A DNA stretch of 64,000 nucleotides from a bacterium (GTDB lineage: Bacteria; UBA8248): NCBI GenBank assembly GCA_963692865.2, contig OY843592.1, positions 2,016,001 to 2,080,000 on the forward strand. Reading direction: 5' to 3'. The notes below the pieces were generated by a model, which saw only the letters and a list, made by a program, of their open reading frames with translations, did no database searches and was not told where the DNA came from. This document shows positions 49,041 to 60,338 of the stretch, piece after piece (the stretch's first letter is position 1; the number at the start of each line of letters is the position of its first letter). The translations under genes were made by a program, and so were the position numbers.

Positions 49041-49718
49041 ATGGGCCGGTTTGCGAAAGTCCTGCAATCATCGGTCGGCGCCAAGGTCGCCATGGCCGTC
49101 ACCGGGATTCTGTTGGTCCTGTTCATCATCGCCCACATGCTCGGCAACCTCCTGATGTTCGCAGGCCCCGAGGCGACGAACGCCTACGCCAAGGGCTTGA
49201 AGGACCTGGGCGCCTTGCTGTGGGTCGCGCGAATCGGCCTGCTGGTCGTGTTCCTGGTGCACATCGGCTCGGCGCTGCGTCTTTGGCGCATGAACCGCGC
49301 GGCCCGGCCGCAGGCCTACGCCGTCTCCGAATCCACGATGGTCACCTACGCGGGCCGCTCCATCGTGCTGACGGGCGCCCTGGTGCTGGCCTTCGCGGCG
49401 TATCACCTGCTTCATTTCACCCTGTTCGCCACGAACCCCGAATTCGCCGGGTTGCACGACGCGCAGGGCCGTCACGACGTGTACCGCATGGTGATTCTGG
49501 GATTCGGGAACACCGCGGTGTCGGGCGTGTATCTGGTTTCGATGATTCTTCTGGGGCTTCACCTGAGCCACGGCGTGACGAGCCTGTTCCAGTCGCTCGG
49601 GATCAACAATCCCTCTTACAACCCTTTGATCAAACGGCTGGGCCCCTGGAGCGGCGTCCTCGTAGCAATCGGCTTCATGGCGATTCCGCTGGCCGTCTTG
49701 GCGGGCGTGTTGAAATAG
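49041..49718 (+). CDS. sdhC: Succinate dehydrogenase/fumarate reductase cytochrome b subunit
   Basis: SSVGAKVAMAVTG, HMLGNL, HL.H, HLSHG..S.FQSLG. Confidence 0.92.
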   Translation: MGRFAKVLQSSVGAKVAMAVTGILLVLFIIAHMLGNLLMFAGPEATNAYAKGLKDLGALLWVARIGLLVVFLVHIGSALRLWRMNRAARPQAYAVSESTMVTYAGRSIVLTGALVLAFAAYHLLHFTLFATNPEFAGLHDAQGRHDVYRMVILGFGNTAVSGVYLVSMILLGLHLSHGVTSLFQSLGINNPSYNPLIKRLGPWSGVLVAIGFMAIPLAVLAGVLK

Positions 49719-49742
49719 TTCTCCCCTGGTGAGGAGAAGGGT

Positions 49743-51668
49743 ATGGATACGAACGGCAGCCTGAACGGAAACGTCCCCGCAGGTCCTCTGGCGGAGAAGT
49801 GGGACAATCACCGCTTCAACATGAAGCTCGTGAACCCGGCCAACAGACGCCGCTACAAGGTGATCGTGGTGGGTTCGGGGCTGGCCGGAGGGGGCGCCGC
49901 GGCCACGCTGGGCGAGTTGGGCTACAACGTGGATTGCTTCTGTTATCAGGACAGCCCCCGGCGTGCGCACTCCATCGCGGCCCAGGGCGGGATCAACGCC
50001 GCCAAGAACTACCAGAACGACGGCGACAGCACCTACCGGCTCTTCTACGACACCATCAAGGGGGGTGATTTCCGCTCCCGCGAGTCGAACGTGTACCGGC
50101 TGGCGCAGGTGAGCGCGAACATCATCGACCAGTGCGTCGCCATGGGCGTGCCCTTCGCGCGCGAGTACGGCGGCCAGCTCGCGAACCGCTCCTTCGGCGG
50201 GGCGCAGGTGTCGAGAACCTTCTACGCCAGGGGCCAGACGGGCCAGCAGCTTCTCCTGGGCGTGTATGCGGCCCTGAGCCGGCAGATAGCGGCCGGTTCG
50301 GTGAAAATGCACTCGCGCACCGAGATGCTCGAAGTCGTCCTGGTCGACGGGCAGGCGAAGGGCATCGTCACCAGAAACCTCGTGACAGGCGAGATCGAAA
50401 AACACGCGGCGGACGTGGTCATCATGGCGACGGGCGGTTACGGCCCGGTGTTCTACCTCTCCACGAACGCGATGGGGAACAACATCACCGCCTCGATACG
50501 CGCGTACATGAAGGGCGCTTATTTCGCCAACCCCTGCTACACGCAAATCCACCCCACCTGCATTCCGGTTTCGGGGGATCACCAGTCGAAACTCACGCTC
50601 ATGTCCGAATCGCTCAGAAACGACGGGCGCATCTGGGTGCCGACCAAGGAAGGCGACCCGCGCGGCCCCGCCGAGATACCCGAGGACGAGCGCGATTATT
50701 ACCTGGAGCGCATGTACCCGAGCTTCGGGAACCTGGCGCCTCGCGACATCGCCTCGCGCGCGGCGAAAAGGGCGTGCGACGAGGGGCGCGGCGTGGGCGA
50801 TACGGGTCTGGGCGTTTATCTCGACTTCACGGACGCCATCAAGCGCCTGAGTTTGCCCGTGGTGCAGCAGCGCTACGGCAACCTCTTCGACATGTACGAG
50901 AAGATCACCGGCGAGAACGCCTATCAGGTGCCCATGCGCATCTATCCGGCCATCCACTACACGATGGGCGGCCTGTGGGTCGACTACAACCTGATGAGCA
51001 ACATCCCCGGCCTGTTCGTGCTGGGAGAGTCGAATTTTTCGGATCACGGCGCGAACCGCCTGGGCGCGAGCGCCCTCATGCAGGGGCTGGCGGACGGCTA
51101 CTTCGTCGCGCCCTACACGGTGGGGAACTACCTCGCGAGCCTGACGCCGGGCGATTATTCCGCCGATTCCTCGGAATTCACGCAGGCCGCCGACGACGTG
51201 AAGGACAGGATCAGGCGCGTGCTCTCGGTCGACGGCAAGCGCACGGTCACCTCGTTCCACCGCGAACTGGGTCTCATCTGCTGGGATTACTGCGGCATGG
51301 CCCGCACCGACCAGAGCCTGACCAAGGCGCTCGACCTGATTCCCGCGCTCAAGGAGGAATTCTGGGAGAACGTCTCCGTGCCCGGAGGGGGCGACGAGTT
51401 GAACCCCGAGCTCGAAAAGGCGCTGCGCGTGGCCGATTTCCTCGAGTTTGCGGAACTCATGTGCTACGACGCGCTCATGCGGAAGGAATCCTGTGGCGGC
51501 CACTTCCGGGAGGAATACCAGACGCAGGAGGGCGAAGCCCTTCGCGACGATGAGAATTTCAGCCACGTGAGCGCGTGGGAGGCGCCGCGCAACGGCGGAC
51601 GCCCGATACTGCACAAGGAAAATCTCGAATTCGAAGAGGTTGAATTCAGCGTGAGGAGTTACAAGTAA
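49743..51668 (+). CDS. sdhA: Succinate dehydrogenase/fumarate reductase flavoprotein
   Basis: [43 protein letters not shown]. Confidence 0.96.
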   Translation: MDTNGSLNGNVPAGPLAEKWDNHRFNMKLVNPANRRRYKVIVVGSGLAGGGAAATLGELGYNVDCFCYQDSPRRAHSIAAQGGINAAKNYQNDGDSTYRLFYDTIKGGDFRSRESNVYRLAQVSANIIDQCVAMGVPFAREYGGQLANRSFGGAQVSRTFYARGQTGQQLLLGVYAALSRQIAAGSVKMHSRTEMLEVVLVDGQAKGIVTRNLVTGEIEKHAADVVIMATGGYGPVFYLSTNAMGNNITASIRAYMKGAYFANPCYTQIHPTCIPVSGDHQSKLTLMSESLRNDGRIWVPTKEGDPRGPAEIPEDERDYYLERMYPSFGNLAPRDIASRAAKRACDEGRGVGDTGLGVYLDFTDAIKRLSLPVVQQRYGNLFDMYEKITGENAYQVPMRIYPAIHYTMGGLWVDYNLMSNIPGLFVLGESNFSDHGANRLGASALMQGLADGYFVAPYTVGNYLASLTPGDYSADSSEFTQAADDVKDRIRRVLSVDGKRTVTSFHRELGLICWDYCGMARTDQSLTKALDLIPALKEEFWENVSVPGGGDELNPELEKALRVADFLEFAELMCYDALMRKESCGGHFREEYQTQEGEALRDDENFSHVSAWEAPRNGGRPILHKENLEFEEVEFSVRSYK

Positions 51669-52414
51669 TGGACCTCACCCTCAGGGTTTGGCGGCAAAAG
51701 GACGCTCGGTCGACGGGCAGGATCGAGACCTACCAGGTGAGTGGCATCATTCCCGACATGTCTTTCCTGGAGATGCTCGACGTGACGAACGAGCGTCTCA
51801 TCGAGGAGGGGGAGGAACCCATCGCCTTCGACCACGATTGCCGCGAGGGAATCTGCGGCATGTGCTCGCTCGTCATCAACGGGAAGGCGCACGGCGGTTT
51901 CTCCGGAACGACCACCTGCCAGCTTCACATGAGAAAATTCAGCGACGGCGACACCATCACGATCGAGCCCTGGCGGGCGAGCGCCTTCCCGATCCTACGG
52001 GACCTGGTGGTGGATCGCACCTCGTTCGACCGCATCATCCAGGTGGGCGGGTTCATCTCCGCGAACACGGGGGGCGCGCCGGACGGCAACGCGGTCCCCA
52101 TCCCCAAGCCCGACGCGGACGCGGCCATGGACGCGGCCGCCTGCATCGGCTGCGGCGCCTGCGCGGCGTCGTGCCCGAACGGCTCGGCGATGCTCTTCGT
52201 GGCGGCGAAGGTTTCCCACCTCGCGCACCTGCCCCAGGGAGTGCCCGAACGGGGGCAGAGGGTGCTCAATATGGTCGCCCGGATGGATGAGGAGGGTTTC
52301 GGCAACTGCACCAACCACGCCGAGTGCGAGGCCATGTGCCCCAAGGACATCAGCATCAGCCACATCGCCAAGATGAACCGCGAGTTCATCCGCGCGACCG
52401 TGAGGGGCGATTAA
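51668..52414 (+). CDS. sdhB: Succinate dehydrogenase/fumarate reductase Fe-S subunit
   Basis: [33 protein letters not shown]. Confidence 0.96.
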   Translation: MDLTLRVWRQKDARSTGRIETYQVSGIIPDMSFLEMLDVTNERLIEEGEEPIAFDHDCREGICGMCSLVINGKAHGGFSGTTTCQLHMRKFSDGDTITIEPWRASAFPILRDLVVDRTSFDRIIQVGGFISANTGGAPDGNAVPIPKPDADAAMDAAACIGCGACAASCPNGSAMLFVAAKVSHLAHLPQGVPERGQRVLNMVARMDEEGFGNCTNHAECEAMCPKDISISHIAKMNREFIRATVRGD

Positions 52415-52440
52415 GCTTTACTTTTCATATACTTATAAGG

Positions 52441-52470
52441 AGGCTCCCCCGAGCGGGGAGCCTTTTTCTT
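52441..52470 (+). terminator. Rho-independent terminator of sdhCAB
   Basis: AGGCTCCCC / GGGGAGCCT stem followed by a T run. Confidence 0.85.
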
Positions 52471-52548
52471 GGCGGGAGAACGGTTTGAGCCGGGCAGAAG
52501 TCGGCGGAGCCGCCCGCCGAGCCGCTCGGTCCCCGCATCATCCATGCG

Positions 52549-53307
52549 TCATGCCATGGGAATCATATAGCGCCGCATGAGCCTGTGGATGGTCATGCGG
52601 AAGAGCTGGTCGGTGATGAGGCCGAACGTGCCCAGCATCAGGAAGCCGACGAACATCTCCGCGGGCGCGATGATGTTCGTGCTCTGCATGATGAGGAAGC
52701 CGATGCCCTGGTCGGCGGCCAGCATCTCCGCGGCCACGACGCCCATGAAGGAGAAGCCCAGCGCGATCCGCAGTCCGGTGAGGATGTGGGGCCAGGCCGA
52801 AGGCAGGACGACGCGCACGAAGACGTCCCCCTTGCGCGCGCCCAGGCAAAGAGCGGCCCGCACCCGAATCTGCGGGGTGGAGGCAACGCCCGCGGCGGTG
52901 TTGAACAGCACCGCGATCCCCGCGGCGTAGGAGATGATGAAATACTTTCCGATCTCGCCGATGCCGAAAATAGAGACGACCAGCGGAATGAGGGCCACCG
53001 GCGGGATGTTCCGGCAGAACTCAAGCGGCGGTTCGATGAGGTCCCGGGCCAGGCGAATCGCCCCGGTCGCCACCCCGACCACGATTCCGATAAAACACCC
53101 CAGGGCGTAGCCCAGGACGATGCGCTTCAGGCTCGCTCCGAGGTGGGCGAACAACACGGCGTTCCAGGTCATCTCGGCGAGTTTTTCGGCCACCGAGACG
53201 GGAGAGGGAACGATAGCGGCTTCGAAGAAGGTTCCGCTCGACGCCCACCAGACCCCGATGAACGCCAGGATAGAAACCGACAGCCTCGCCAGCTTTCCCG
53301 CATACAT
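52549..53307 (-). CDS. NitT/TauT-type ABC permease 2
   Basis: Start MYAGK; RVVLPSAWP.ILTGLR, VVAAEM. Confidence 0.88.
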   Translation of the reverse strand: MYAGKLARLSVSILAFIGVWWASSGTFFEAAIVPSPVSVAEKLAEMTWNAVLFAHLGASLKRIVLGYALGCFIGIVVGVATGAIRLARDLIEPPLEFCRNIPPVALIPLVVSIFGIGEIGKYFIISYAAGIAVLFNTAAGVASTPQIRVRAALCLGARKGDVFVRVVLPSAWPHILTGLRIALGFSFMGVVAAEMLAADQGIGFLIMQSTNIIAPAEMFVGFLMLGTFGLITDQLFRMTIHRLMRRYMIPMA

Positions 53308-53330
53308 TCGCCCCGGCCTCCCTTTCCGCC

Positions 53331-54098
53331 TCAGTCGAACGCCGCCGTCTGCAGCATGTAGCGCCGCATGAGACGGCCGATGGTGAACTGGAAGGCGCGA
53401 TCCGTGACGAGGCCGATCAGGCCCAGCAGGAACAGGCCCGAGAACATCTGCTCGGGAAGCAGCATGTTCCGGCTCTGCATGATGAGGTAGCCCACGCCGG
53501 ACTCGGCCGCGATCATCTCCGCGGCCACCACCCCCATGAACGCGAAGCCGAGCGCGACCCGAAGCCCGGTGAGGATGAACGGCCAGGCAGAGGGCAGCAC
53601 CACGCGCGTGAAGATTTCCCAACGCCCCGCGCCCAGGCACATGGCCGCGCGGACGCGAATCTGGGGGGTGGACGCCACCCCCGCTGCGGTGTTGAAGACG
53701 ACCGGAATGATGGTCGAATAGATGATGACGAAATACTTGCTGGGCTCCTCCAGGCCGAAGGCGTTCACCGCCAGCGGAATGATGGCGACCGGCGTAATGT
53801 TGCGCACGAACTGAAGGGGCGGTTCGAGCATGTCTTCGGCAATCCGGATCCGCGCGACGGCGACCCCCGTGAGAATCCCCAGGACGGACCCGAACGCGTA
53901 ACCGACGATCACGCGCCGGAGGCTGGCCCAGGCGTGAAAGAGTATCTCGCCCTCCGCCGTCATCTCCCAGAGGTTCACGGCCACCTTGTGCGGCGGGGGC
54001 ACCAGGATCGGGTTGAAGACGGCGCCGCTGCTCAGCCACCACAGGGCGAGCGCACAGGCGACCGATAGCGTTCTCAGAAAAAACTTCCGGGGGTTCAC
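53331..54098 (-). CDS. NitT/TauT-type ABC permease 1
   Basis: Paralog of adjacent permease with the same motifs. Confidence 0.9.
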   Translation of the reverse strand: MNPRKFFLRTLSVACALALWWLSSGAVFNPILVPPPHKVAVNLWEMTAEGEILFHAWASLRRVIVGYAFGSVLGILTGVAVARIRIAEDMLEPPLQFVRNITPVAIIPLAVNAFGLEEPSKYFVIIYSTIIPVVFNTAAGVASTPQIRVRAAMCLGAGRWEIFTRVVLPSAWPFILTGLRVALGFAFMGVVAAEMIAAESGVGYLIMQSRNMLLPEQMFSGLFLLGLIGLVTDRAFQFTIGRLMRRYMLQTAAFD

Positions 54099-54880
54099 CG
54101 CGCGCGCATCCTCTGTACTTCTTCGTCGATGAGCGACTCGACCCGGCTGTACATGGCGGCGAAATCGGGATTGGACGGAGAGCGGGGCTCCTCCAGGTCG
54201 ATCTGAAAGATCTCCTTGATCCCCGCCTCCGGCCCGGCCGTCATCACCGCCAGGTGGGTGCTCAACAGGAGCGCCTCGAAGATGTCGTGGGTGATGTAGA
54301 AGATGGTCTTGCCCGTCTCGTCCCAGATCTTGCGGAATTCGACCTGAAGGTGTTTCTTCGTGATCGCGTCCAGCGCCGCGAACGGCTCGTCCATGAGGAG
54401 GATGTCCGGGTCGTTCGCCAGCGCGCGGGCGATCTGGATGCGCTGCTTCATCCCGCCCGAGAGTTCAAAGGGAAACTTCCCGCCGTCGGCGTCGAGGCCC
54501 ACGAGCCGAAGATACCTGTCGGCCAGCTCCTTGCGCGCCGGGGCGCCGAGGCGGGCCATCTTCGGGCCGAACTCCACGTTTTCGCGCGCGTTCATCCAGG
54601 GGAAGAGGGCGTTGCTGACGTCCTGGAAGATGACCGTCCTGTCCGTTCCGGGTCCGGTGACGGGGTTGTCGTCGAGGGAAACGCCTCCCGTCGTCGTCCC
54701 TTCAAAGCCGGCGACGATGTTGAGGAGGGTGGATTTGCCGCACCCGCTCGGCCCGAGGAGAGTGAAAAAAGCCCCCCGCTCCACTGTCAGGGTGACGTCC
54801 CGCAACACCTGCGCGACGCCCCCGTCGGCGCGGTCAAAATCCTTGCCTACGCCCTCCAGGCGTAAGACCCGCCAGTTCAC
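54095..54880 (-). CDS. NitT/TauT-type ABC ATP-binding protein
   Basis: GPSGCGKST, LSGGMKQR, LMDEPFAALD; GTG start after GGAGG. Confidence 0.92.
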   Translation of the reverse strand: MNWRVLRLEGVGKDFDRADGGVAQVLRDVTLTVERGAFFTLLGPSGCGKSTLLNIVAGFEGTTTGGVSLDDNPVTGPGTDRTVIFQDVSNALFPWMNARENVEFGPKMARLGAPARKELADRYLRLVGLDADGGKFPFELSGGMKQRIQIARALANDPDILLMDEPFAALDAITKKHLQVEFRKIWDETGKTIFYITHDIFEALLLSTHLAVMTAGPEAGIKEIFQIDLEEPRSPSNPDFAAMYSRVESLIDEEVQRMRAR

Positions 54881-54940
54881 ACCGCCTCCCCGTCCCCGCC
54901 CCCGGCCGCCGTTTGGCCGGCCGGAGGCGGGGGAAACCGC

Positions 54941-55122
54941 GCTGTTGAAAAACCCCTCGTGGGCCCCTGCAAGTAAAGAGTTTGTAGGGACAGGCCCCCG
55001 TGCCTGTCCGAGTGCGGTGGGAGGACACACAGGTCCTCCCCTACAAGAAGCATCGCGTTTTGACCCGTAGGGGCGGCCCTATGTGTCCGCCCGGTCTCGA
55101 AAGAGGCCTTTTCAACAGGCCC
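54941..55122. repeat. Repeat cassette inside ABC operon
   Basis: GCTGTTGAAAAA left, CTTTTCAACAGG right, three GTAG-type REP halves. Confidence 0.85.
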
Positions 55123-55144
55123 AAACCGCGTTTTCGTCCCGCGC

Positions 55145-56134
55145 CTACTTGATGAGCTTGGAGCTCACCGACTTCAGGCCCCTCGAGTCAAAGAGCTTGC
55201 CCCAGTCCACTTTGGCCTTGGACTTGCCCTTCGAGATCATGAAGTTGTTGAGGGAGTCCATGTCCTTTCGGAACTGCGGCGTATAGGACACGTCCATGTT
55301 CATGACCGCTATCATCCGCTTGGCCTTCTCCGCGGGGACCTTGAACTCCTTGCCCACGATCTTCGCCGCTTCGTCGAGGTTCTTCGCGGAGAATTCGGCC
55401 CCTTGGATCGTCCCCTTGATGAGGGCCGTCACGGCGTCGAAGTCGTTGTCGATGAGGTCCTTGCGGGCGGAGGTCACCATGTACTCGGTGAAGAAACCCT
55501 TGCCCGTGCTCAGGATGTGCACCTTCTTCGCTCCCGACACCTCGACCGACCGCCAGCCGAAGGGCTGCCAGATGGTGAAGCCGTCCAGGTCGCCCCGGTC
55601 GAGGGCGACGACCATCTCGGCCGGCTTGACGTTCTTGTACTTCACGTCGGAGAGCTTGACGCCGTTCGCGTCGAGATACTTGGCCGCGAAGAACTCAGAC
55701 GTCGTCCCCAGCCACACGCCCATGGTCTTGCCGATGAAATCCTTGGCGCTCTTGACCGATGTTTTGGAGACCACCACCGAAAGTTCGGTGTAGTGCGCGG
55801 AGGGATGTACCCCGACTATCTTCCCCTTGGTCTGGAGCCAGGTGCGCACGGCGGGCCAGTCGCCCGTGTTCACGAAGTCCCCGCGGCCCGCGATGAACGA
55901 CTGCGCGGCGACGCCGCCCGAGGTGAAATGCTTGAGTTTCACGTTGAGCCCCAGCTTCTTGTAGAACCCCTTGTGGACCGCCGCCACTATCGGCGCGAAC
56001 TGGGGCGTGGAGCCGATGAGATAGGTGTACTGCGACTTCTTGGGCGCCGCCCCCGATGGAACGGCGACGGCCAATGCGAAGGCCGCCAGTAGAATCAGCA
56101 CAAATAAGCGCTTCCTGCCTGCCGTGTGACGCAT
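55145..56134 (-). CDS. NitT/TauT (SsuA/NMT1-like) substrate-binding protein
   Basis: Signal peptide; GFYKKLGLNV, GDLDGFTIWQP. Confidence 0.88.
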   Translation of the reverse strand: MRHTAGRKRLFVLILLAAFALAVAVPSGAAPKKSQYTYLIGSTPQFAPIVAAVHKGFYKKLGLNVKLKHFTSGGVAAQSFIAGRGDFVNTGDWPAVRTWLQTKGKIVGVHPSAHYTELSVVVSKTSVKSAKDFIGKTMGVWLGTTSEFFAAKYLDANGVKLSDVKYKNVKPAEMVVALDRGDLDGFTIWQPFGWRSVEVSGAKKVHILSTGKGFFTEYMVTSARKDLIDNDFDAVTALIKGTIQGAEFSAKNLDEAAKIVGKEFKVPAEKAKRMIAVMNMDVSYTPQFRKDMDSLNNFMISKGKSKAKVDWGKLFDSRGLKSVSSKLIK

Positions 56135-56296
56135 TGCTCATCCTCCTTGTTGTGATTGCCTCGAAAAACGAACATCGTCCGCAACTTCCCTGGACGAGCC
56201 CGTGTAGCCTATGCTCCGGTTATCCGGGGCAGCCGCCTGGATTCGCTGAAAAATGCCCGCGTTTCATGCCGCGCTTCGCCTTCCTCCCGTACAAAG

Positions 56297-57652
56297 TCAG
56301 AGCGTCACCGTGCTCCGGCGCTGCTCTTCGATCTTCCGCTTGATGTGGGGGAGGATTTCCTCCTTCGGCCTGCCGCAAACGTCGAGCAGCAGGCTCGCAT
56401 AGACCTTCGTCGTATGGTAGAGGTCCTCCAGGCTCACGTGCTCGCCGATGTTCGGGTCCCACCCCGGCACCCCCGAGCGGGTCCTGCCGGAGGGTCCGTA
56501 GTTGAGGGTGGGAACGCCGTAGCGCGTGATGTGGGAGGCGTCCGATATCCAGCCCTCGGTCACCGTTTCCGGGTCCTGGCCGTGCACCGACTTGTGGGCG
56601 CGCTTGATGGCGCCGTAGATGTATTCGTCCTCTTCGATCTCGGCCCCCGGGTTGGACATGTACATCTCGAGGTCCACCTTGAGGTCGGGGTCTCCCGCCA
56701 CGATCTCCTCGATGATGTCTTGAATCTCGCGCTTGATCTCCAGAGGGTGCTGCCTGGGCAAGAGGCGCGTATCCAGATACAGGTTGCAGAAAACGGGGGT
56801 GCGGCTGCACCGCCAGGGCCAGCCGCCCTCGATGGCAGCAATGTTCACGTTGGCGTTCGAATTGCCGTAGGGGTGCGCTTCGCGGTATTTGGGCGCCCAG
56901 CGCTCCAGGGCGTCGAGGATTTTCTTCATCTTCAAAATGGCGTTGACCGCGTTGTGCGCGTAGGTCGTGTGGGCCGGCGTCCCGTAGACGGTGATCTTGT
57001 GATAGACGTAGCCCATGTGGCCGAGGACCACCCGCATCTCGGAAGGCTCGCCGATGACCGCCATGTCGGCGGTGCCGCCGTGCGTGGCCAGATAGCAGGC
57101 GCCGCATCCGCCGCCCCGGTAGTGCTTGCCCTGGTACTGGTCGACAGCCCCCATCTCGATCTCGCCGCCCACCGCCCCGACAGTGACGTTTCCCTTGAGT
57201 TTCACGCCCGCGTCCTGGATGGCGTTGAGCGCCTCGACGTAGCAGGCGATGGCGCCCTTCATGTTGTAGATGCCCAGGCCGTATATCCACTCCTCGCCCG
57301 TGGCGGAGTCCGTCTCGCTCCAGGCTTGGGGCTGGTAGGCGGGGAGCTTGGGGAGGCCGGGCTCCTTGCCCGAGTAGGAGGTGTCGATATGACCGCAGAA
57401 GAGAAACTCGATTCCTGTGCCGTCGCCATGCAGGGTTCCCAGCGCGTTGAAGCGATCCGTCTCGAACTCCTGGAGGCGCGACGCCAGCCCGATGGACTCG
57501 TAGCGGTCGCCGAGGAAGTGGGCGATCTCGCTCTCCTCCCCGGTGGGACTCCAGATATCGACGAGGTCCATTCCCAGCTTCTTGAGACGCCCTTTGTCGA
57601 TAGCCGCCCAGACTTTCTCCCGATGCTCGTCCATGCCCGTCGCCCGTTCCAT
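56297..57652 (-). CDS. M20/ArgE family hydrolase, atypical (NaaA-like)
   Basis: SPTGEE, GHIDT, YNMKG, GGEIE, IGEP, YGP...EH. Confidence 0.85.
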   Translation of the reverse strand: MERATGMDEHREKVWAAIDKGRLKKLGMDLVDIWSPTGEESEIAHFLGDRYESIGLASRLQEFETDRFNALGTLHGDGTGIEFLFCGHIDTSYSGKEPGLPKLPAYQPQAWSETDSATGEEWIYGLGIYNMKGAIACYVEALNAIQDAGVKLKGNVTVGAVGGEIEMGAVDQYQGKHYRGGGCGACYLATHGGTADMAVIGEPSEMRVVLGHMGYVYHKITVYGTPAHTTYAHNAVNAILKMKKILDALERWAPKYREAHPYGNSNANVNIAAIEGGWPWRCSRTPVFCNLYLDTRLLPRQHPLEIKREIQDIIEEIVAGDPDLKVDLEMYMSNPGAEIEEDEYIYGAIKRAHKSVHGQDPETVTEGWISDASHITRYGVPTLNYGPSGRTRSGVPGWDPNIGEHVSLEDLYHTTKVYASLLLDVCGRPKEEILPHIKRKIEEQRRSTVTL

Positions 57653-57896
57653 AAGTCCTCTCCCTCTCCTGGCCGGGCTGCCGCCCGGCGAACACGGCCT
57701 GCGAAGAGACGACGGCGATAACGGGGCCCTGCGCATGAAGCCGAAACGAGGTGAAAACGAAACCCCTCCCCGATTCCTCATCGGGCGCTCGCAATCTCAA
57801 GCGCGCTTTATTTTCAGTGTGTTTTTGATCCTAGCAGAATCAATGCGCGAATCAAACCACGCGCGACGCATCTTCCCTTTCGGAATATCGGGTGAT

Positions 57897-58078
57897 GGGG
57901 GTGTTGTGAAAGCCCCGATTTCGTGATTTGGCGCATGCAACCGACCGGGGAGGGAGGAGACATCGCTCCTCGCGTGAGGGGGTTGTTGCCCCCCATCGAG
58001 AGTGTTTGCCGGAATGACGAGCAAAGGCGAAACCCCTGGATTCCACATTCACTGCCGTCTTGTCGGAAATGATGCCGG
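57897..58078. repeat. Degenerate repeat cassette
   Basis: GGTGTTGTGAAAGCCCCGATTTCGTGATT end shared with 47027 and 15155; GCCGGAATGAC remnants. Confidence 0.65.
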
Positions 58079-58149
58079 CATGAGGGAGGAAAATCGCCCG
58101 GCAGGCCCGAAGAGCGCCCCGGCCCTTACGCCGGCCGGGGCTTCTTCGC

Positions 58150-59421
58150 TCAATCCGGGATGTAGGCGGCCAGCGACGCCAGAATCCGGCATCCGGGCAC
58201 GGGCATGGGCGTGGCGGTCTGCGCGCTCATGTTCACCGGCGGCGCGTCCGTGAATGCGCCGCCCCATACTTCGAACGCGCCGTGCAGATCAGCCATGTCG
58301 TGGAACACGGTCTGGCTTCTCACGACGTCGGCGAGGCTCCCTCCCCCCGCGCGGCAGATGGCGTCCGCGTTCTCGAGTATGTATTCGGTCTGGCGCTTTA
58401 CCGGCGAGGAATGCCAGGGGAGCCCGGAACTCACGCGAACCTCGGGCGCGAGGCCGCTTTCGTCTGCGGCGATCTGCGTCGAGAGCCACAGATACGGACC
58501 CGTCTTGACGGCGTGCGGCTCATGGAAGAGGGGGGCCGGAACTTCGGGCGACAGGATCGTCCGGCGCTCCAGCCCGCCGCCCGGACGCAGGGCCATGGAG
58601 CTGACCTCGATGCGCGCGCCGCCGATGGCCAGATCGTCGCAGGGGATGACGCTGCGCGCGGGCGGATCGTCCGCGAAGAACTCGCGCCACACGTGATCCA
58701 CCGCGGGCAGATCCTCCATGTGGGTGAGGTAGACGGAAGTCTGGACGACGTTATCGAGGTCGAGGCCCAGTTCGTTCAGCACCTTCCGCTTGGTGCGGAG
58801 GATGTACTCGGTCTGGCGCTTGATGGCGGACTGGTGCCAGAAGGTCGGGTCGACGCGGGCGTCGGGGTGAATCCCGGTCGCGTAATCGGTGGCGATCATC
58901 CCCGGCATCAGCACGAAGGGGCCTGCGGACTGGGCCGCGGGGTAGCCGGTCAGGGATTTGGGCACGAGTTCAAGGTCGTGCGTCTGCTTTTCCCACCCCG
59001 ACGCTGGCTTGAGCGCAAACCCGTCGCATACGATGAGCGCGTCGGGCACCTCCAGGGCCTTCGCCACCACCCGCGTGCTGGTCGGGTGCGCCCTGGCCAT
59101 GTAGGCCTGCCTCGTCGCGGAATACCACGCGGCCTGCTCGCGACCGGTGATGAACTGCTCGATGCGGATCAGATCCTCGAACCCGAGGCCCGCGCTTTCG
59201 AGTATCTTCCCCATCCGCCCGAGGATGACGTGGGTCTGCCGCGCCATGGGCGGAGGTCCCGCGAACGGGTTCTCGGGGTCCGCGGCGGCCTCTGGCGCGA
59301 CGCCGGTGGCGTAGTCCGTCGCCATCTGTCCGGCGAAGAAGAGCAGGTGTTCGGTCTCGATTGCTTCTGACTGCGCCTTAGGGGAGGCGGGACAGGCTTC
59401 TGGAACGATCACGCGCTTCAT
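58150..59421 (-). CDS. Triple-domain RidA/YjgF family protein
   Basis: Three repeats of G..ATD....P / RQT..IL / P..(R/N) units. Confidence 0.85.
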   Translation of the reverse strand: MKRVIVPEACPASPKAQSEAIETEHLLFFAGQMATDYATGVAPEAAADPENPFAGPPPMARQTHVILGRMGKILESAGLGFEDLIRIEQFITGREQAAWYSATRQAYMARAHPTSTRVVAKALEVPDALIVCDGFALKPASGWEKQTHDLELVPKSLTGYPAAQSAGPFVLMPGMIATDYATGIHPDARVDPTFWHQSAIKRQTEYILRTKRKVLNELGLDLDNVVQTSVYLTHMEDLPAVDHVWREFFADDPPARSVIPCDDLAIGGARIEVSSMALRPGGGLERRTILSPEVPAPLFHEPHAVKTGPYLWLSTQIAADESGLAPEVRVSSGLPWHSSPVKRQTEYILENADAICRAGGGSLADVVRSQTVFHDMADLHGAFEVWGGAFTDAPPVNMSAQTATPMPVPGCRILASLAAYIPD

Positions 59422-59827
59422 GATGTCTCCTCGAAGGGGTTTTCTCATATGGGCCGGCGGGGGCGTCGTCCGCGCCGGTTCGACAAGCGGTGTCCATCCG
59501 TATCCTTATCATTTTATCAGGCCTGGATGATACCACGACGCAGGCGCGAACGACGGCGCCCCGAGTGCCGCGCCGAGCGCTAGGCGGTGCGTCCCGGGGA
59601 GGTCGGCCTCGGCCGCGTCGCCAGGATGAGCCGCGAGTTCGTCCGCGCGAGCGTGAGAGGCGATAAGGTTTTACTCATCGGCCGGTTACGGTGGGGCTCC
59701 CCCGCACGGGGAACCTTTTTTCATTGGCCGGGGAAATACTGGAGTTCATCCGAAAACATCGGATCGAATGCATCGCCGAAATCGCCGGTGTCAGGCGGAG
59801 AAGAAACAACCAAGACATTCGCATGGT

Positions 59828-59855
59828 TTGACAATCAACGGGTTGTTGCTAGAAT
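59828..59855 (+). promoter_or_regulatory. Putative sigma70 promoter
   Basis: TTGACA, 16 nt, TAGAAT with extended TG, upstream of small ORF 59904. Confidence 0.6.
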
Positions 59856-59903
59856 TTATCATAAGATGGTGTTGACTATTGGGACTTGTTTTTGGTGGTG
59901 GTT

Positions 59904-60089
59904 ATGAGAGAACTTGTTCGGAAAGTTCAGAGCGACAGCGCCGACGAGGGCGTAAAGGCTCTGATGCGCGCGGCTCAGGAGGGCATGTCCGAGCAGGACA
60001 AGCTCCAGAAACGAGATGAATATCTTGCGAAAGGATGTTCTCTCGATACGGCCAACAAACTTTTTCCCGACTTGCCTCCGCTTCAATAG
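59904..60089 (+). CDS. Hypothetical small protein (61 aa)
   Basis: Upstream promoter and GGTGG; helical protein-like sequence. Confidence 0.55.
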   Translation: MRELVRKVQSDSADEGVKALMRAAQEGMSEQDKLQKRDEYLAKGCSLDTANKLFPDLPPLQ

Positions 60090-60338
60090 CTAGCCGTACC
60101 TTCCGATTCTCCGCGCTTGTTCGACGAATTCTTCGATGTCCCACCCCATGGCGGGCGCGAATTTCCTTGCCTGCTCGTACAAATCATCATCTGAAAAGCA
60201 ACTGCTCGTCAGGTGCCGAATAATTTCCCGGTCATTCAGCGGCTTACCCTTTCCGTCGAAACCGGTTCTTGCCGCTTGAATAATCATTTCCGCTTCGGAC
60301 ATGTATCGAATGTCGCGAGGGTCTTCCTCATTACCCAT
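60090..60338 (-). CDS. Hypothetical small protein (82 aa)
   Basis: Upstream GAGGA; protein-like sequence; stop abuts the convergent ORF. Confidence 0.55.
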   Translation of the reverse strand: MGNEEDPRDIRYMSEAEMIIQAARTGFDGKGKPLNDREIIRHLTSSCFSDDDLYEQARKFAPAMGWDIEEFVEQARRIGRYG

